64,000 nucleotides of DNA from Barnesiella sp. (GCA_045645425.1 JAZRIS010000004.1:103445-167444); one strand, 5' to 3'; counted from the stretch's first letter, positions 1 through 12,700 are shown. Numbers and translations are program-made. The notes: generated by a model not told the origin, from the sequence alone.

Positions 1-2535
1 TGCCAACTCATCCATATTTCCGGGGCGGTTGCCCATAGCGAGGCGATAATTGAGTCGCTCTTGTTTCTCATAGGCATCGAGTGTAATGGTATCGAGCATC
101 ATGCCCGAAACTTCGAGCTTGTGCACCTCGCCCATAAGATTAAACAGTGTGTCGTTGGAGGCTTCAAAATTGAGATTGGAAAGGCGGATACCTTTACTAT
201 TGAGATAACGTTGCAGAATATTATTTCCACCCATTTGAGCTGTAAATTCAAATGGGGGCAATCCTCTATGCAACTCCTCCATATCGAGGCGTTGTTTCTC
301 AAAAATCGTATCGACCAACTGCGTGAGTCGCTCAAAGCTGGGTTGCATATTTTTCAATCCCGTATCGGACGATAAGTTTACCTCCAAATCGCCCGTACGC
401 AAGTCTATATAGCTATATGTTATATCACTTGCAGCCAATAGCCCTATGGGGTTGGCATAGTAACGATACTCATCAATAGTAAAGATTAAGTCATCTACCG
501 AAATATCGGTTTGGATAATACTATCGACACTCGACAACACAAGGTCGGCCTTTATCTTGGCAGCCATATCAAACGGCTCTTGCGAAAAATGCAATGCCTG
601 TAAGTCTATAAGACCTATCTGAGCCGACAAGTTGGCGGTAACAAGTTGGGGCATCAATGCTCCTTGTGCATCTATGTTCAAATCCAACTCTTTGCCTCCA
701 CTCTGCGCTTGCAGCGACCACTGTTGATGGGCTATCTGGCCTGTTATCTCTATATCTCTATAAGGATAATGACGATACTCCAACGTGTCGAGATAAAGAT
801 GTGCATACATCGAGGTTTCGGGATTTTGAGGCACAAAATGTTCGCCTTTCAACTCGACATGTGCTGTCAGCGCACCAATGGTATCGTTGGGCATGAATAC
901 ATCCAATGGCAACGCATGCACTTGCGCTGTCATATCATATCGTTCTTCTTCAATATTATAGGTGGCATCCACATTGACATGACCACCCAAGCAATGCAAC
1001 AAAGCATCGGCAGCCAACTCACTGCCCGACAAATGCGCATGGATATTCATCTCTATCGGATGCTCCACAATGCGCCTGCTCATGATAGTATCAGTAAGGA
1101 AATTATCCAAGGCAAACCCACCTGCTGTGTTCATCGAGCAGGCAAGGGTGATATTGCGACGTTGCTCATCCAAGGGCCGACTTATTCGGGCATGACTGTC
1201 AAAGGTAAATACTCCCATCTGCGACAGATTGAACTTCTCTACAACCAAGTCGCGAGCCACACCATCTATATCTATATCGGCGGTAATGATTTCATTCACC
1301 GGCAGCAACGCTCCTCTGCGAGTAGAATGTATGTAGAATTGTGAGGCATCGGGATAAATGTATGCAATATCGCGACATGACAAATGAGCCTTACCCAACA
1401 GGCGCAAAGATGCCTCGGGATTGCGTTCAAGAAAACTCATATCAAACTTTACATCGGCCGACACATCACTGAAAGGTGTCTTCAACATAAAATCGGATAG
1501 CGACAACATTCCCTCATCCGACATCGCAAAGTGACATTGTGCTTGCGTAATATATAATCCCGACCGCTCATACATAGAGAGGGTATCGAGCGATAGATTG
1601 AGCTCGGCACCTTTGTTATACACATCACACAGGCTCACATCAATGCGATTGGCCTCGATATGGGCAAAATCCATACCCTGCGACGGAACTGCATCAGATG
1701 TAATATAGGCAACGCTATTCTCTTTGAGGCGCAGATGATGCAATCTCACCTCCCAAGGTAACGATGGGATTGTATCTTCTTGTACCTCAAGTTCCTCTTC
1801 ACCGGCATCATCCGATGGCAATGATACATAACGATAATCGCCTTGCTCAATCTCTATGGCTTGCACCTCTATTGTACGTCGAGGCAAGGAGATATGCCCC
1901 GCCAAAAGTTGTGCATGGCCTATGCCCACTTGCAATGTATCTATCATGCCGGGAAGTGAAGCATTGACATCAACCTGCGACATTTGCAGTTGTTCGAGTT
2001 CGACATCCCATGCCGGCATATCGCTTGTTTGTTGGGCAGTTGTATCGGGCACAGCACAATAGGTTACATCGACACGGCTGTCTTCAAAGAGTATCTTACC
2101 CACTTGCAGCTTATTATCAGTCAATCCTATCTTTCCATCCAACAAAGCCAAGCAACCTATGGCAGCATCAACATCAATGGTACTATCGGGCGATATATAG
2201 TCAAGCTCGGCATCATGCAGCGAAATATTGCGCACGGCAATTTTGCGAGCCAATATAGGCGCTATGGCAACATCGGCTTGCAACCTACCGGCAACAACCA
2301 TCGTATCGCAGTCGGAAGAGGCAACAACCACATCGTGCAATGCCACTCGCAATGGAAATTTCAGCGAGAAACGCTCAATAGATATAGTCATAGGAGTATG
2401 TTCTCCCACCCAGCGTTCGGCATAATTGATGACAGTATGCTGTATGGGAGGCAAATACACAACGAGAGGCAACAACACCACAAGTGCTATTATTACCACT
2501 ACCGTTACGAGTATTTTCTTCAATAAGCGCATCAT
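1..2535 (-). CDS. tamB: TamB-like translocation/assembly module protein (AsmA-like), N-terminal ~845 codons; the 3' end lies beyond window base 1
   Basis: Missing from the ORF track because there is no stop codon inside the window. Hand translation from the ATG at 2535 (tandem ATG at 2532) gives MMRLLKKILVTVVVIIALVVLLPLVVYLPPIQHTVINYAERWVGEHTPMTISIERFSLKF... This is a basic N-terminus, one TM helix, then beta-rich sequence. The same frame is still open and coding-like at bases 60-1 (ERLNYRLAMGNRPGNMDELA). The + strand ORFs here look like shadow ORFs. An Omp85 partner gene lies nearby. Confidence 0.7.
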   Translation of the reverse strand, partial: MMRLLKKILVTVVVIIALVVLLPLVVYLPPIQHTVINYAERWVGEHTPMTISIERFSLKFPLRVALHDVVVASSDCDTMVVAGRLQADVAIAPILARKIAVRNISLHDAELDYISPDSTIDVDAAIGCLALLDGKIGLTDNKLQVGKILFEDSRVDVTYCAVPDTTAQQTSDMPAWDVELEQLQMSQVDVNASLPGMIDTLQVGIGHAQLLAGHISLPRRTIEVQAIEIEQGDYRYVSLPSDDAGEEELEVQEDTIPSLPWEVRLHHLRLKENSVAYITSDAVPSQGMDFAHIEANRIDVSLCDVYNKGAELNLSLDTLSMYERSGLYITQAQCHFAMSDEGMLSLSDFMLKTPFSDVSADVKFDMSFLERNPEASLRLLGKAHLSCRDIAYIYPDASQFYIHSTRRGALLPVNEIITADIDIDGVARDLVVEKFNLSQMGVFTFDSHARISRPLDEQRRNITLACSMNTAGGFALDNFLTDTIMSRRIVEHPIEMNIHAHLSGSELAADALLHCLGGHVNVDATYNIEEERYDMTAQVHALPLDVFMPNDTIGALTAHVELKGEHFVPQNPETSMYAHLYLDTLEYRHYPYRDIEITGQIAHQQWSLQAQSGGKELDLNIDAQGALMPQLVTANLSAQIGLIDLQALHFSQEPFDMAAKIKADLVLSSVDSIIQTDISVDDLIFTIDEYRYYANPIGLLAASDITYSYIDLRTGDLEVNLSSDTGLKNMQPSFERLTQLVDTIFEKQRLDMEELHRGLPPFEFTAQMGGNNILQRYLNSKGIRLSNLNFEASNDTLFNLMGEVHKLEVSGMMLDTITLDAYEKQERLNYRLAMGNRPGNMDELA

Positions 2536-2650
2536 CTGTTTATAAGGTTCGTTTCAAGAACTTTAAGCCTCGCTTGTTGCGTGTTTGAAAAACATTCGGC
2601 TCCCGTTTTTGTTTGTTTTATAGTAAACCTATAAATGAGATTGTAAAAGT

Positions 2651-3112
2651 ATGAAAAAATTGTGGATTACAGCACTATTATCGGCATTGTTTATCAGTTA
2701 TACACTATTTGTTTATGCCGAGCGAAGAGAACGAGAGGCAAAAATCGAGGATTTGCCGCAGAATGTTCAAGTTTTTCTCTCCCAAAACTTCACAAGCGAA
2801 AGCGTTGTGAGTGTACGCATTGTCAAGTATGGTTTCTACAAGATTGGGCTCACCAATGGCTATGAAGCGCTCTTTGACCGAGAAGGCAAATGGCAGGAAA
2901 TAGACAATGACATGAAGAAGGCTCTACCTCAAACAATAACCGCTCTGTTGCCCCAGAGTACACAAAAATATCTGGGTGAGAAATATTCGCATCACACTAT
3001 ATATGCGATAGAGCAAAACCGGCGAGGCTATGAAGTGAAAGCCGAGGGCACGAAAACGATGAAAATATATTTCGACCCGCTAGGGAATTATATCAACGAG
3101 GAGGCAGATTAA
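2651..3112 (+). CDS. PepSY-like (putative beta-lactamase-inhibitor-like) secreted protein, two internal repeats
   Basis: Signal peptide MKKLWITALLSALFISYTLFVYA. Two repeats follow the pattern LPxxxxxFLxxxF...Y(K/E)(I/V)xLxNGxExxFDxxGxW (LPQNVQVFLSQNF...FDREGKWQEID and LPQSTQKYLGEKY...YFDPLGNYINEE). Confidence 0.6.
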   Translation: MKKLWITALLSALFISYTLFVYAERREREAKIEDLPQNVQVFLSQNFTSESVVSVRIVKYGFYKIGLTNGYEALFDREGKWQEIDNDMKKALPQTITALLPQSTQKYLGEKYSHHTIYAIEQNRRGYEVKAEGTKTMKIYFDPLGNYINEEAD

Positions 3113-3145
3113 ACACGCTGCCTCCTCGTTCAATATCGGTCGGTA

Positions 3146-3904
3146 TTAATAAGGAATGTGTATAGGCTCGGTACGAGGCGCAAAAACAATACGACTGCGA
3201 CACAGGGTATTGCCGGCATGGCATATCTCAAGAGTGTGGTCGTACTCACCTTTCTTTTCACGATATACATCAACGTCTATACCCGGTCGCGCCTCGTGCG
3301 CATAAGCTATTTCAAATCGGGTTATCAGGTTGTTGTCATACCACTCAAAGGGATATTGATTGAGCAGATACTCGACATAACGAGCGCTATTGACATGCCT
3401 GTTGAGGTCAATATCGCTATATTTTACAGTAAAAGAGTCTATCTTCTCGCCATTCTCAATACGCATGCGAGTGGGAGGATCGATAGGACAAGGACGCTCC
3501 AAGACAAGGTGGCGCAGCTCATTCAACTCCTCCATATTGGCGGTACGGCGCGCCTCAAGATCCAAAACCAACCAGATGGTGCGCACATATCCGCACACCT
3601 CACCTTTGCTGTCGAGCACAGCCATATTGCGTGTTGAAAAGCGTGTATTATAGTCCTCTATCCACGTTTCGAGCGTATAATTCTCGTTAATAGCCGGATA
3701 GCGTTTCATCTCGATAGAAAGTCTTGACAACACCCAAGCCGTGCGACTTGCTATCATCTTTTCGTACCCCACACCCCACAACTCGGCGTGCATCGAGGCT
3801 ACCTTGATGATGCGTCCTACTAAGAACGAGAGTGACATTTCTTGTTGTCCGTTACACTCTCCCGGGGTGAGTGTAAATGTTTTGGTAAATAGTTTGGGTT
3901 TCAT
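3146..3904 (-). CDS. acyl-[acyl-carrier-protein] thioesterase
   Basis: ORF 3146..3934. The translation has the double hot-dog pattern of FatA/B-like acyl-ACP thioesterases (YTLETWIEDYNTRFSTRNMAVLD..., DIDLNRHVNSARYVEYLL). The start is probably the internal Met (MKPKLFTKTF, ATG at 3904), but 3934 remains possible. Confidence 0.8.
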   Translation of the reverse strand: MKPKLFTKTFTLTPGECNGQQEMSLSFLVGRIIKVASMHAELWGVGYEKMIASRTAWVLSRLSIEMKRYPAINENYTLETWIEDYNTRFSTRNMAVLDSKGEVCGYVRTIWLVLDLEARRTANMEELNELRHLVLERPCPIDPPTRMRIENGEKIDSFTVKYSDIDLNRHVNSARYVEYLLNQYPFEWYDNNLITRFEIAYAHEARPGIDVDVYREKKGEYDHTLEICHAGNTLCRSRIVFAPRTEPIHIPY

Positions 3905-4198
3905 ATATGCCAATAAGTTGTATTTTGCAACCATTTATTTCGTTGCGAAGGTACAAAAAAATGTTTGTATAAATCGTTACATCCCACCAAATTTCGGCCT
4001 CTCCTACAATCGTACTCTCCCCAAGACATCCTTGTACGACACTTGCATGTGCTCACCGGCATTTTTCTATGGCTTGGGCACAACGCATATTAAGAATAAA
4101 GAGAAGACAAAAATGCGCCTCACAGGGTTTTTACAGCACTTTTTTACTTGATGAGTACTAAAAAATCTCAAAATGTGTCACGCTCATCTATTTTGTAT

Positions 4199-4206
4199 TA
4201 TCTTTG
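4199..4206 (+). promoter_or_regulatory. Bacteroidota sigma-A -7 box TATCTTTG upstream of the Omp85 gene
   Basis: Exact match to the TAnnTTTG consensus, 30 nt upstream of the ATG at 4236. Confidence 0.5.
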
Positions 4207-4235
4207 TATGTTTATAATATCTGTATAATTGGACA

Positions 4236-6560
4236 ATGAAACATCCTCGCACACACCTACATACCATTGTAAGTATCATTGCGATACTTATTGTGTGCGC
4301 ATTGTCGGCATGCAACCCCACCCGACACGTTCCCGATGGAGAGTACCTGCTCGACAAGGTAAAAATAGAAACAGATAGTAAATCGATACCCGCCGGAAGC
4401 CTCACTACCTATATCCAACAAAACCCCAACTATCGCATATTGGGATTTTTGCCTCTACAACTCACACTATACAATTTTTCGGGCAAAGATACCACCAATG
4501 CTGTCAATCGTTGGTTTCGCAAGATTGGCGATGCACCTGTTCTATACGACAAAGAGGCCATGGATGCCTCTTGCTACCAACTGACAAAAGCCATGTCGAA
4601 TATGGGGTACATCAATGCTCAAGTAACCGCCGACACTATCGTCAAAGACAAGCGCATGAGCATTACCTACAAGGTCAAGGCCAACGAGCCTTTCTACATA
4701 GACACCCTCATCTATGATATTCCGCAGGCCGACATAGACAGCATTGCCCATGCACAACCCTCGCTTATCAAGAAAGGCATGTTACTCGACCGTGCGCTAC
4801 TCAATCAAGAGCGTGACCGCATATCGGCTCTATTGCGCAATAACGGCTACTACACCTTTATCAAAGACTACTTCTCGTTCAATGCCGATACGATTGCCTC
4901 ATCGCGAGGCGTTGAATTGTCTATTGCATTGCATCCGATGCCTTCGGTTGAGGATATAAACAAACCCAAGTCGTACGACTACTACCACCGATACTACATC
5001 AACAAGGTATATGTCATAACCGACCCCAAGTTACACAACTTCAACATTGAGGAAATAGATGTAAATAACACACAGAACTACAAAGGCATAGACATCATTT
5101 ACGGAGAAAGCAACTATCTCACCCCTCGTGCCATTGCCGAGAACTGCTTTATCACTCCGGGGCATCTGTACACCACCGACGATGTCAATCGAACATACAC
5201 CTCATTCGGACGGCTTTCTTATCTGAAAAGTATCAATATCCGTTTTATTCAACACGAGGTGAGTGACGATAACAATCTGTTGGATTGCTACATACTATTG
5301 TCACCCGGACGTGCGCAAAACATCAGTGCCGAGCTTGAAGGAACCAATTCGGAAGGCGACTTGGGCGTAGCGGCACAGCTATCCTATCAACATCGCAATA
5401 TATTCAAAGGCTCCGAAACCTTAACAGCCGAGATACGAGGTGCTTATGAGAGTGTATCGGGTACGATAGAAGGCATTATCAACAATCACTATACCGAGTT
5501 GGGCGGTCGTATGAGCCTCAAAGTTCCCAAGTTTGTCTTCCCCTTCGTATCGGAAAACTTCAGCCGACGCATCTTGGCCACCACCGACTTCGACGTGTCT
5601 ATCAACTTCCAGCAACGCCCCGAATACACTCGCATCATAGCCGGTGCCGGTTGGCGCTATAATTGGTCGCGCGCTCGACATCGTCATCGCCTCGACTTGC
5701 TCGATATCAACTATGTATATCTGCCCCAATACATGGAGGGATTCCTCGAACAAATTGCCCCCTCCAATCCGCTCTTGCGATATAGCTACGAAGACCACTT
5801 TATCATGGGTATAGGCTACAACTACTATACAAGCAATATTGCCACCAATACTCCCATGCAAAAAGCGCCCTTACGCAATGCCTACTCCTTACGCTCTTCG
5901 ATAGAAACTGCCGGCAACCTACTCTATGGCATTTCCAACGCCATAGGCGCACCCAACGAAGATGGATATAAAATTTTTGGTATCAGATATGCTCAATATA
6001 TCAAAGCCAATATCGACTACAGCTATTTGCACAACTTCAACCAAAACCACTCGATAGCCTTCCATGCCGGATTGGGTATAGGTGTGCCCTATGGCAACTC
6101 TACGGTATTGCCATTTGAAAAACGCTTCTATGCCGGAGGTGCCAACAGTGTGCGCGGATGGTCGGTGCGTTCATTGGGACCCGGCAGCTACAACGGATAT
6201 AACAACTACAACAGCTTTATATATCAATGTGGCGACATTCGCCTTGACCTCAGCGTCGAGTATCGCGCCAAGTTATTTTGGAAATTCGAGTCGGCAATAT
6301 TTATCGATGCCGGTAATATATGGACAATAGATGAGTACGAGACACAGCCCGGAGGCGCATTCCATTTCGACACCTTCTACAAGCAAATAGCTCTTGCCTA
6401 TGGTCTTGGACTTCGCATGAATTTTGACTTTGTAGTCATCCGCGCCGACTTTGGTATGAAGGCTTACAATCCTGCCGATAATGCCGTAAAATGGGCTATA
6501 TTACAGCCCGACTTCAAGCGCGACTTCGCATGGCACATTACCATCGGATATCCATTCTGA
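4236..6560 (+). CDS. BamA/TamA-family outer-membrane protein (Omp85 / surface antigen D15)
   Basis: 774 aa. The N-terminal hydrophobic segment ends in the lipobox-like LSAC. POTRA-like repeats are followed by a C-terminal beta-barrel with alternating aromatic strands that ends ...WHITIGYPF (terminal Phe). The RFYAGGANSVRGW motif is typical of Omp85 barrels. Confidence 0.85.
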   Translation: MKHPRTHLHTIVSIIAILIVCALSACNPTRHVPDGEYLLDKVKIETDSKSIPAGSLTTYIQQNPNYRILGFLPLQLTLYNFSGKDTTNAVNRWFRKIGDAPVLYDKEAMDASCYQLTKAMSNMGYINAQVTADTIVKDKRMSITYKVKANEPFYIDTLIYDIPQADIDSIAHAQPSLIKKGMLLDRALLNQERDRISALLRNNGYYTFIKDYFSFNADTIASSRGVELSIALHPMPSVEDINKPKSYDYYHRYYINKVYVITDPKLHNFNIEEIDVNNTQNYKGIDIIYGESNYLTPRAIAENCFITPGHLYTTDDVNRTYTSFGRLSYLKSINIRFIQHEVSDDNNLLDCYILLSPGRAQNISAELEGTNSEGDLGVAAQLSYQHRNIFKGSETLTAEIRGAYESVSGTIEGIINNHYTELGGRMSLKVPKFVFPFVSENFSRRILATTDFDVSINFQQRPEYTRIIAGAGWRYNWSRARHRHRLDLLDINYVYLPQYMEGFLEQIAPSNPLLRYSYEDHFIMGIGYNYYTSNIATNTPMQKAPLRNAYSLRSSIETAGNLLYGISNAIGAPNEDGYKIFGIRYAQYIKANIDYSYLHNFNQNHSIAFHAGLGIGVPYGNSTVLPFEKRFYAGGANSVRGWSVRSLGPGSYNGYNNYNSFIYQCGDIRLDLSVEYRAKLFWKFESAIFIDAGNIWTIDEYETQPGGAFHFDTFYKQIALAYGLGLRMNFDFVVIRADFGMKAYNPADNAVKWAILQPDFKRDFAWHITIGYPF

Positions 6561-6722
6561 TGCGCTCCTATTGCATTTAAATCATCTGTATAGCACAATG
6601 GATGAGTGTGTCATTAATTGACACACGGCCATATTGTTCTCGGTATATAGGCCCGTTCATGCAGCATATATATACTCCTTTCGCGCATATTGCAACACCT
6701 TGTATTTTGTCAATCCTTACAG

Positions 6723-6773
6723 ACACACAGAGGGCGAGCCGGAATTTTACATTCCAACTCGCCCTCTGTGTGT
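6723..6773. terminator. 16-bp perfect GC-rich hairpin between convergent genes (bidirectional terminator candidate)
   Basis: ACACACAGAGGGCGAG (6723-6738) pairs perfectly with CTCGCCCTCTGTGTGT (6758-6773). The loop holds an inner GGAAT/ATTCC stem. It sits between the Omp85 stop (6560) and the stop of the 2226-aa gene (6795). Confidence 0.6.
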
Positions 6774-6794
6774 TTATTGAGCAACTGCCCTATA

Positions 6795-9700
6795 TCATCG
6801 TCCTACGACAACTTTGTGACTCTCACCACCAAGTTGTACAAAGTACACACCGTGAGGCAATAGGGTTGCATTTATCACATACTCTTGCTCGTTTATCATC
6901 CTACCTCTATGGATGACACGGCCGGCAGCATCTACAAGTGTCACTTGCTCGCCCACCTCAATGCCTCGTATGTATATACGACCATCAAGGATATAGATGT
7001 TCACACCATCGGCAAGTGTCGATGAGATAGATGAGAGAGCTTTTACTCGCACAAGATTAGAGCCTACCTCGCCACAACCCGAATATATGGCTTTGACCTG
7101 ATACTCATAGTAGTTGGCAGGGTGTTTCACGTCGTCAATGAAGAATGTTTCTTGCAAAGGAGTATCATTGAGCAACTCGCTATTGCAATATACATTATAA
7201 CCTTCAAAGGCATTACGCTCCGATGTTGATGATTGTGCCAAACGTACTCCCTTGATAGCCTCATCAACAGGATTTTTCATCGCTGCGAAAGGAGCAAGAG
7301 GCTCACGTTGAGTAGCTTTTGCGATACCCTTGTCGGCATAGGCTCGCAATCCTATCGTGATATTCCAGTTGCCATCTATATCATTGGCACTGAGCGTACT
7401 CCAATTTATACCATTGCTCGAATAGAGATCGCCTTTACCCACCTTGGCAGGGCCTTCATCATAACCCAATGGTACAGAAATCTCGTTGTGCTCGATATAT
7501 ACCACAACACGCAGGGTCTTGTTGATATTGATGAGCAGAGGATGATCCAACTCTACGGTATTGAAACTATATTGCTTCAAATTGGGAACATATTGTTGTG
7601 CAATAAGGTTATCGCCCTCATATACAAGGAGGAAGAGAGCATCTGGAATTTGATTGATATAGAACTCCACTTCCGAGAGTGACAATTTTTCATAGGGTCG
7701 CAACTCATCGCTATTCCATTGTACACCGGCAAAGAAAGCACCACCGCTGGGCATACCGGCAGCATCGTGAGCATTACCATTGTGCCAACGAAGATTGACC
7801 ACATCGCCCAAGGCCGGAGCACTCCAAGCAAGGCTGTATGAATTGTCAAACGGCTCAACAAAGAGTACACCGGGTTTCTGACAACCGTTGCTGTAATCAA
7901 CCTCTATACTTATGGGTGCAGTGTAGTCGCTGACACACGACGAGAGATAGTGCGCACGCACCTGATAGCTATATGTGCCGGGAACAAGGTTGCGGTCGGT
8001 GTAACTTACATCGGTAATAGGACGGTCGTTGAGTTGTACACCATCGCGCATGATGTCATATCCATAGGCCTCGCCTATAACATGCGTATCGAGCGATATA
8101 GCATCGATATATTGCATGGGAACAGCAGCTTCGTGTCGTATGGCTACATAATCAGTACCGGCAGGTATAGTAAACTGATACTGCTTCCACACCTCGGTAG
8201 TTGTGATAGCTTGCAAGGGTATGAAGTCCTCAATATTGTTACCCTCAACCGATGTGAGAATACGCAGAGTACCATTGCCCAAGTGATCGTCGTAATTGCG
8301 AGCAACAAACGACAATATCATATCTTGTTGCGGCTTATTTACAGGAATTATCATCCAAGCATTGTCACCCTTATCGGCTTGCAATGCTTTGGTGCCATGA
8401 TACGACACCTCATTGGTTACTTGCCACATATCGTTGTAGTTTACCCAATGGGTGTGAGTATAGGCACTGCCGGCAACTCCATCTTCAAAGCTTTGATACA
8501 TGGCAGCATCAACAGCAGTAGGATCAACAAATGAGATATTGACATTGTAGCCATAAGAACTTTGCACCACCTTCACATCAATGGGAGTATCGCAATTCTC
8601 TGCATCATATATATCGACATAAGCTTTATGCGAGCGTTGCGACACCGAGCCATCGATATAGACTGTTTCTATCTCATACTCATAGGTGCCCTCTTGGCTT
8701 TCGTTTTCGGTAAAGTAACGGAAAGGCACAGGCTCGCTGTTACGTTTCTCGCCATTGCGATACACATTGTAACCAGCCAATCCATTGATGCTACCCATAT
8801 CGAAGAAGATAAATCGGCAGTTGCTGTTTTCTTGCAATGCCACAGCCAAGAGAGTAAGCCCCTCTTGAGTCTTGACAATAGACATACCGCCAGCCTTGGC
8901 TCCTGTTTCGGGAGTAATCTCTACATAGTCGGCGATATTGATTGTACGAGTGAGCATTCCTGTGGCAAAGTCATAGCAACAAATGGTGTAGGGATGCTCA
9001 TAACCTTGCTCAAATGTATAGAGCACGCCATTGTGATATGCCGAGCCGGCTGCACCCTTCAGTGTAGGTCCATCACTCAGTTTGGCACCGCGCTTGCTCA
9101 CATAGATACTTGTTTCCCAATCGCCCACTTCAAATCCGCCGCGACCCTCATCAAGTTCGGGAATATAGGCCACATGGCGCGCTATCTCGGATATTGAGAA
9201 GGTATCGGCTATACATCTGTTTTCTATGTCTATCTGATAGATAGAGCTATTGGCATCAACTGCAAAGAAGTTCTCTCCATCATAAACAAGGTTACGAATA
9301 CCCGACATATTTCTGTTTATCAAGATACTCTCGATATACTCGCCATCAAGGGTGTACTTGCATATCGTACCGTTGGTATTGTGCAACGATGTATAGATAT
9401 ACTCGCCATCCGATGCAACGCCTATTTCTCCGGCAAGATTGCCCTTGAACATATTGACATACTCGGGATAACCCTCTTCGGCCGTGGCTTGTGCCTGACT
9501 CAAATCAATGGGGAACGAGCACTCATTCTCAAGCGGGAAGTCCCAACGCACATGTATTACACTATTCAACTCAGCTTGTGCAACGACATGGCGAGGAGGC
9601 ACGGCAGTACCAAGGCTTACAACCTCGGCAATAACAGCATCGGTCATATTCGACTCGCCACCATCGGCATATACCGACGATACTTGATAGTTGTAGATAC

Positions 9701-12700
9701 CCTCTTCGCGAAGTTGCTCCTTGTAGTTGAGTTGCTCAACAAGAGCTTCGTTGCACTTCTCGCCGTTGCGATATACATTGTAACCAACAGGACACTCTTC
9801 GGCAACAGACGACGGCGATAAGTTCATCGCCATATTGAAGTTACCCTCCATACCTATATGAGTGAGAGGATACCACGACTTGCCATCGGTCGAGATAATA
9901 TTACCTTTCTTACCACGCGACTCCATGGCATCCATACCTATGGGTCTTACTCCGGCATCATGAGCAACAAGCAGTGCTATACGATAGTTGCTACCCAGCT
10001 CTATCGTTGCATCTTTGGTAAGTTTGATAGTGTTATATTCGCCATATTTGATATCGCCGGTAGCAACATTCTGCGAAATGATGCGCTTGTTGTCTTGGTA
10101 TATTTGCAACGACATCGAGAGGAAACGCTCTTGGATAAATACATCCACCGACTCTATCTTCATGTTGCGATATTCTACAAGTTCGGTGTGATCCCATTCT
10201 ATGGCAGCCCAGAAATATCCGCCATCGGCCATACCCATCGAGGTCTGATTGATACCGCTATCCCAACGTATGGTTGTGCTATCTTGCAACAAGGCATCGG
10301 GTTGCAACCAATTCAGTTCCACATCACTATTATTAGAGATGTTGAGCGACAAGTTTTGGGGAGCATAATACGGAGCACCTATCTTGATATAAATATGTGA
10401 CTCATCCGATTGTATAGATTCCTTGTCACCATACACAGCCGTAACAGTATAGGTATAATCGCCTTGTACCAACTTCGTATCGGTATAAGTTGCCTCGGCT
10501 ATGAGCTCCTCGTTTATCTTCTCTCCATTGCGGTAGATGTTGTAGCCATCGGGGTGCTTGTCACCGGCAGTCCATGTAAGTAATGCCGACGAGTTACCCT
10601 CAGCCACAACTTTGAGTTTGGTAGGTCGAGGTGTTGCTGAAGCTGCCGATACGGTATAGGACAATGTCATATTCTCCACATCCAACTCGGGTACGGTAAA
10701 TACCTTGACCGGCAATGAATAGGTTTGACCCACCACACCGTTGCGAGCATCTATGTTTATTGTTATATCTTGTGTTTCACCGCTTTTGAGCGTACCTGCT
10801 TCGGGCTCAATAGAAAGCCAATCATTGGTTTTGGCCAACTCGTAGATAAAGATGCGAGAAGGCGATTGATGAAGCATACCCATGAGCGACAAAGTACCAT
10901 CGACATAATTGGTAGTAGCCTCGATACCACATATATAATGAGGAACATCAAGAGTACCTATTTGATATCCGGGCACATCGTCTATCGTGTGCGAAATAGG
11001 TGTCACGGCGCGGGTATTGAGATTATACTGTATAATTTGTAGTTGGTCTATCTCATTGGTACCCGAAACCACCTCATTACTAAACCACAAGTATGGGCCT
11101 CCGGGGGTTACATTGTCAAATGCCGAGCCAAATACACCTATATCATCGACATTGTTGATTGTGCGGAAAGCTACTGTTATATTACCCTCACGGTCGATGC
11201 GGCCAATAGAGTTGAAGCTACCTACCCAGAACTGGTCGTTACGGGGGTCATAGCTGCAGTGGGTCATCTTCAAGGCGGGGTCTTCTTTGACAACAATCTC
11301 CTTTACAAGACGCTTGTTGCGCAAGTCAAGACAGAACATAACATTGCTGTAATCGCTACCATAGAAATATGTACCATCAAAGGCAAAATCGTACATCATG
11401 TAGTACATACCGGGAATAGAGAACTCCTCTATAAAGTTACCATCTCGGTCATACTTAAAGAAACGACCCAGATAGAATGTAGATGTTGTATAGAAAAACT
11501 CGCCATCAAAAGCAATAGAGGTTTGCAAATCGCCCGATGCATCAAAAGCATTCTGTATAGTCCAAGCATTGCGATCCGAGCCCTTTCCGGCAGGCTCGTC
11601 GGTCATGATATTCCAATTTAAGTCACCATCACCTTGGTTGGTAAATGTAATGGTGCTTGTTGCTGTTGTTTCGGCCTCCAATGAGAGTTGCAACGAGGGG
11701 GTACTTATGTTGAGTTGCGGGCGTGTAATAGTGGCCACAAACTCATTTTGTGCATCCTCTTCAATGCGCCACACTCCACTATATGTGTTGTATCCGCGCA
11801 GCACGATACTTACGGTATATTCGCCCTTCTCTATTTGAGGCAACTCCACAATACCTCGCTCATCGGCAACAGCATCAATAACTGCTCCATGATTGGATGT
11901 AAGTGTTACGGGACAATGAGCAAGGGGTGTGCCTTGCGACACGATAGAGAGTTGTGCCGAAGTCCATTCGGGGCACCACACCTTCACATCATCGACATAC
12001 CAATAGTCGATATAATAGGCATCGGCACCAAAAGCACGATAACGAATACGGAAAATATCGTTGGTGAGATATTCTTTGATATTGTACTGCTTAACCGTCC
12101 AATCAAAAGTACCATTGTCATTGTCATAGGCATCTATACGCTGCCAAGTCTGCTCATTATCGCAAGAGATTTCCAATGCCAACGAGTCGCCTACTTCATT
12201 GTTATAATTGACATGACGGAGATTAAATCGCAAATAAGTATTTTCACGATCGACAGTACGCAACTCTTTGGATACAAGCGACTGAGAATAATCTTTGAGT
12301 GAAGAATAGACATATTGTGCCGCATAATCTACCAATCCATAGGGATGATACGAGCTACTCCACTTGGTAGGATTGCCTTGCTCGTCATCGGGAGTACTCC
12401 ATCTATCGGCTTCCAATCTATTGTTATCAAATCCATCTTCAAAGGGCAAGAGGCGTATATCGGGAACTTCAACAGTCAAGACTTCCTGTTGTTTCTTCTC
12501 GCTGCCATCACTATACACGGCACTTACCACATAATCATAAAATCCATATTCAGGAACATTATCGGTATAAGCGACATCGGTAATGAGTGACTCATTGACC
12601 TTCTGATTGTTGCGATAAAGATTAAATCCTTCGAGATATACTTGTGCGGGAGCTTGCGGACGCACACGATTGGTACCTACAAATACATCATCGATGAGTA

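Noticed and set aside
646-2526. + strand ORFs of 232, 180 and ~80 aa in the first 2.5 kb
   Set aside because: Their translations are Cys/His/Ile-rich and of low plausibility. They lie antisense to a long open, coding-like minus-strand frame (TamB-like), so I treat them as shadow ORFs.
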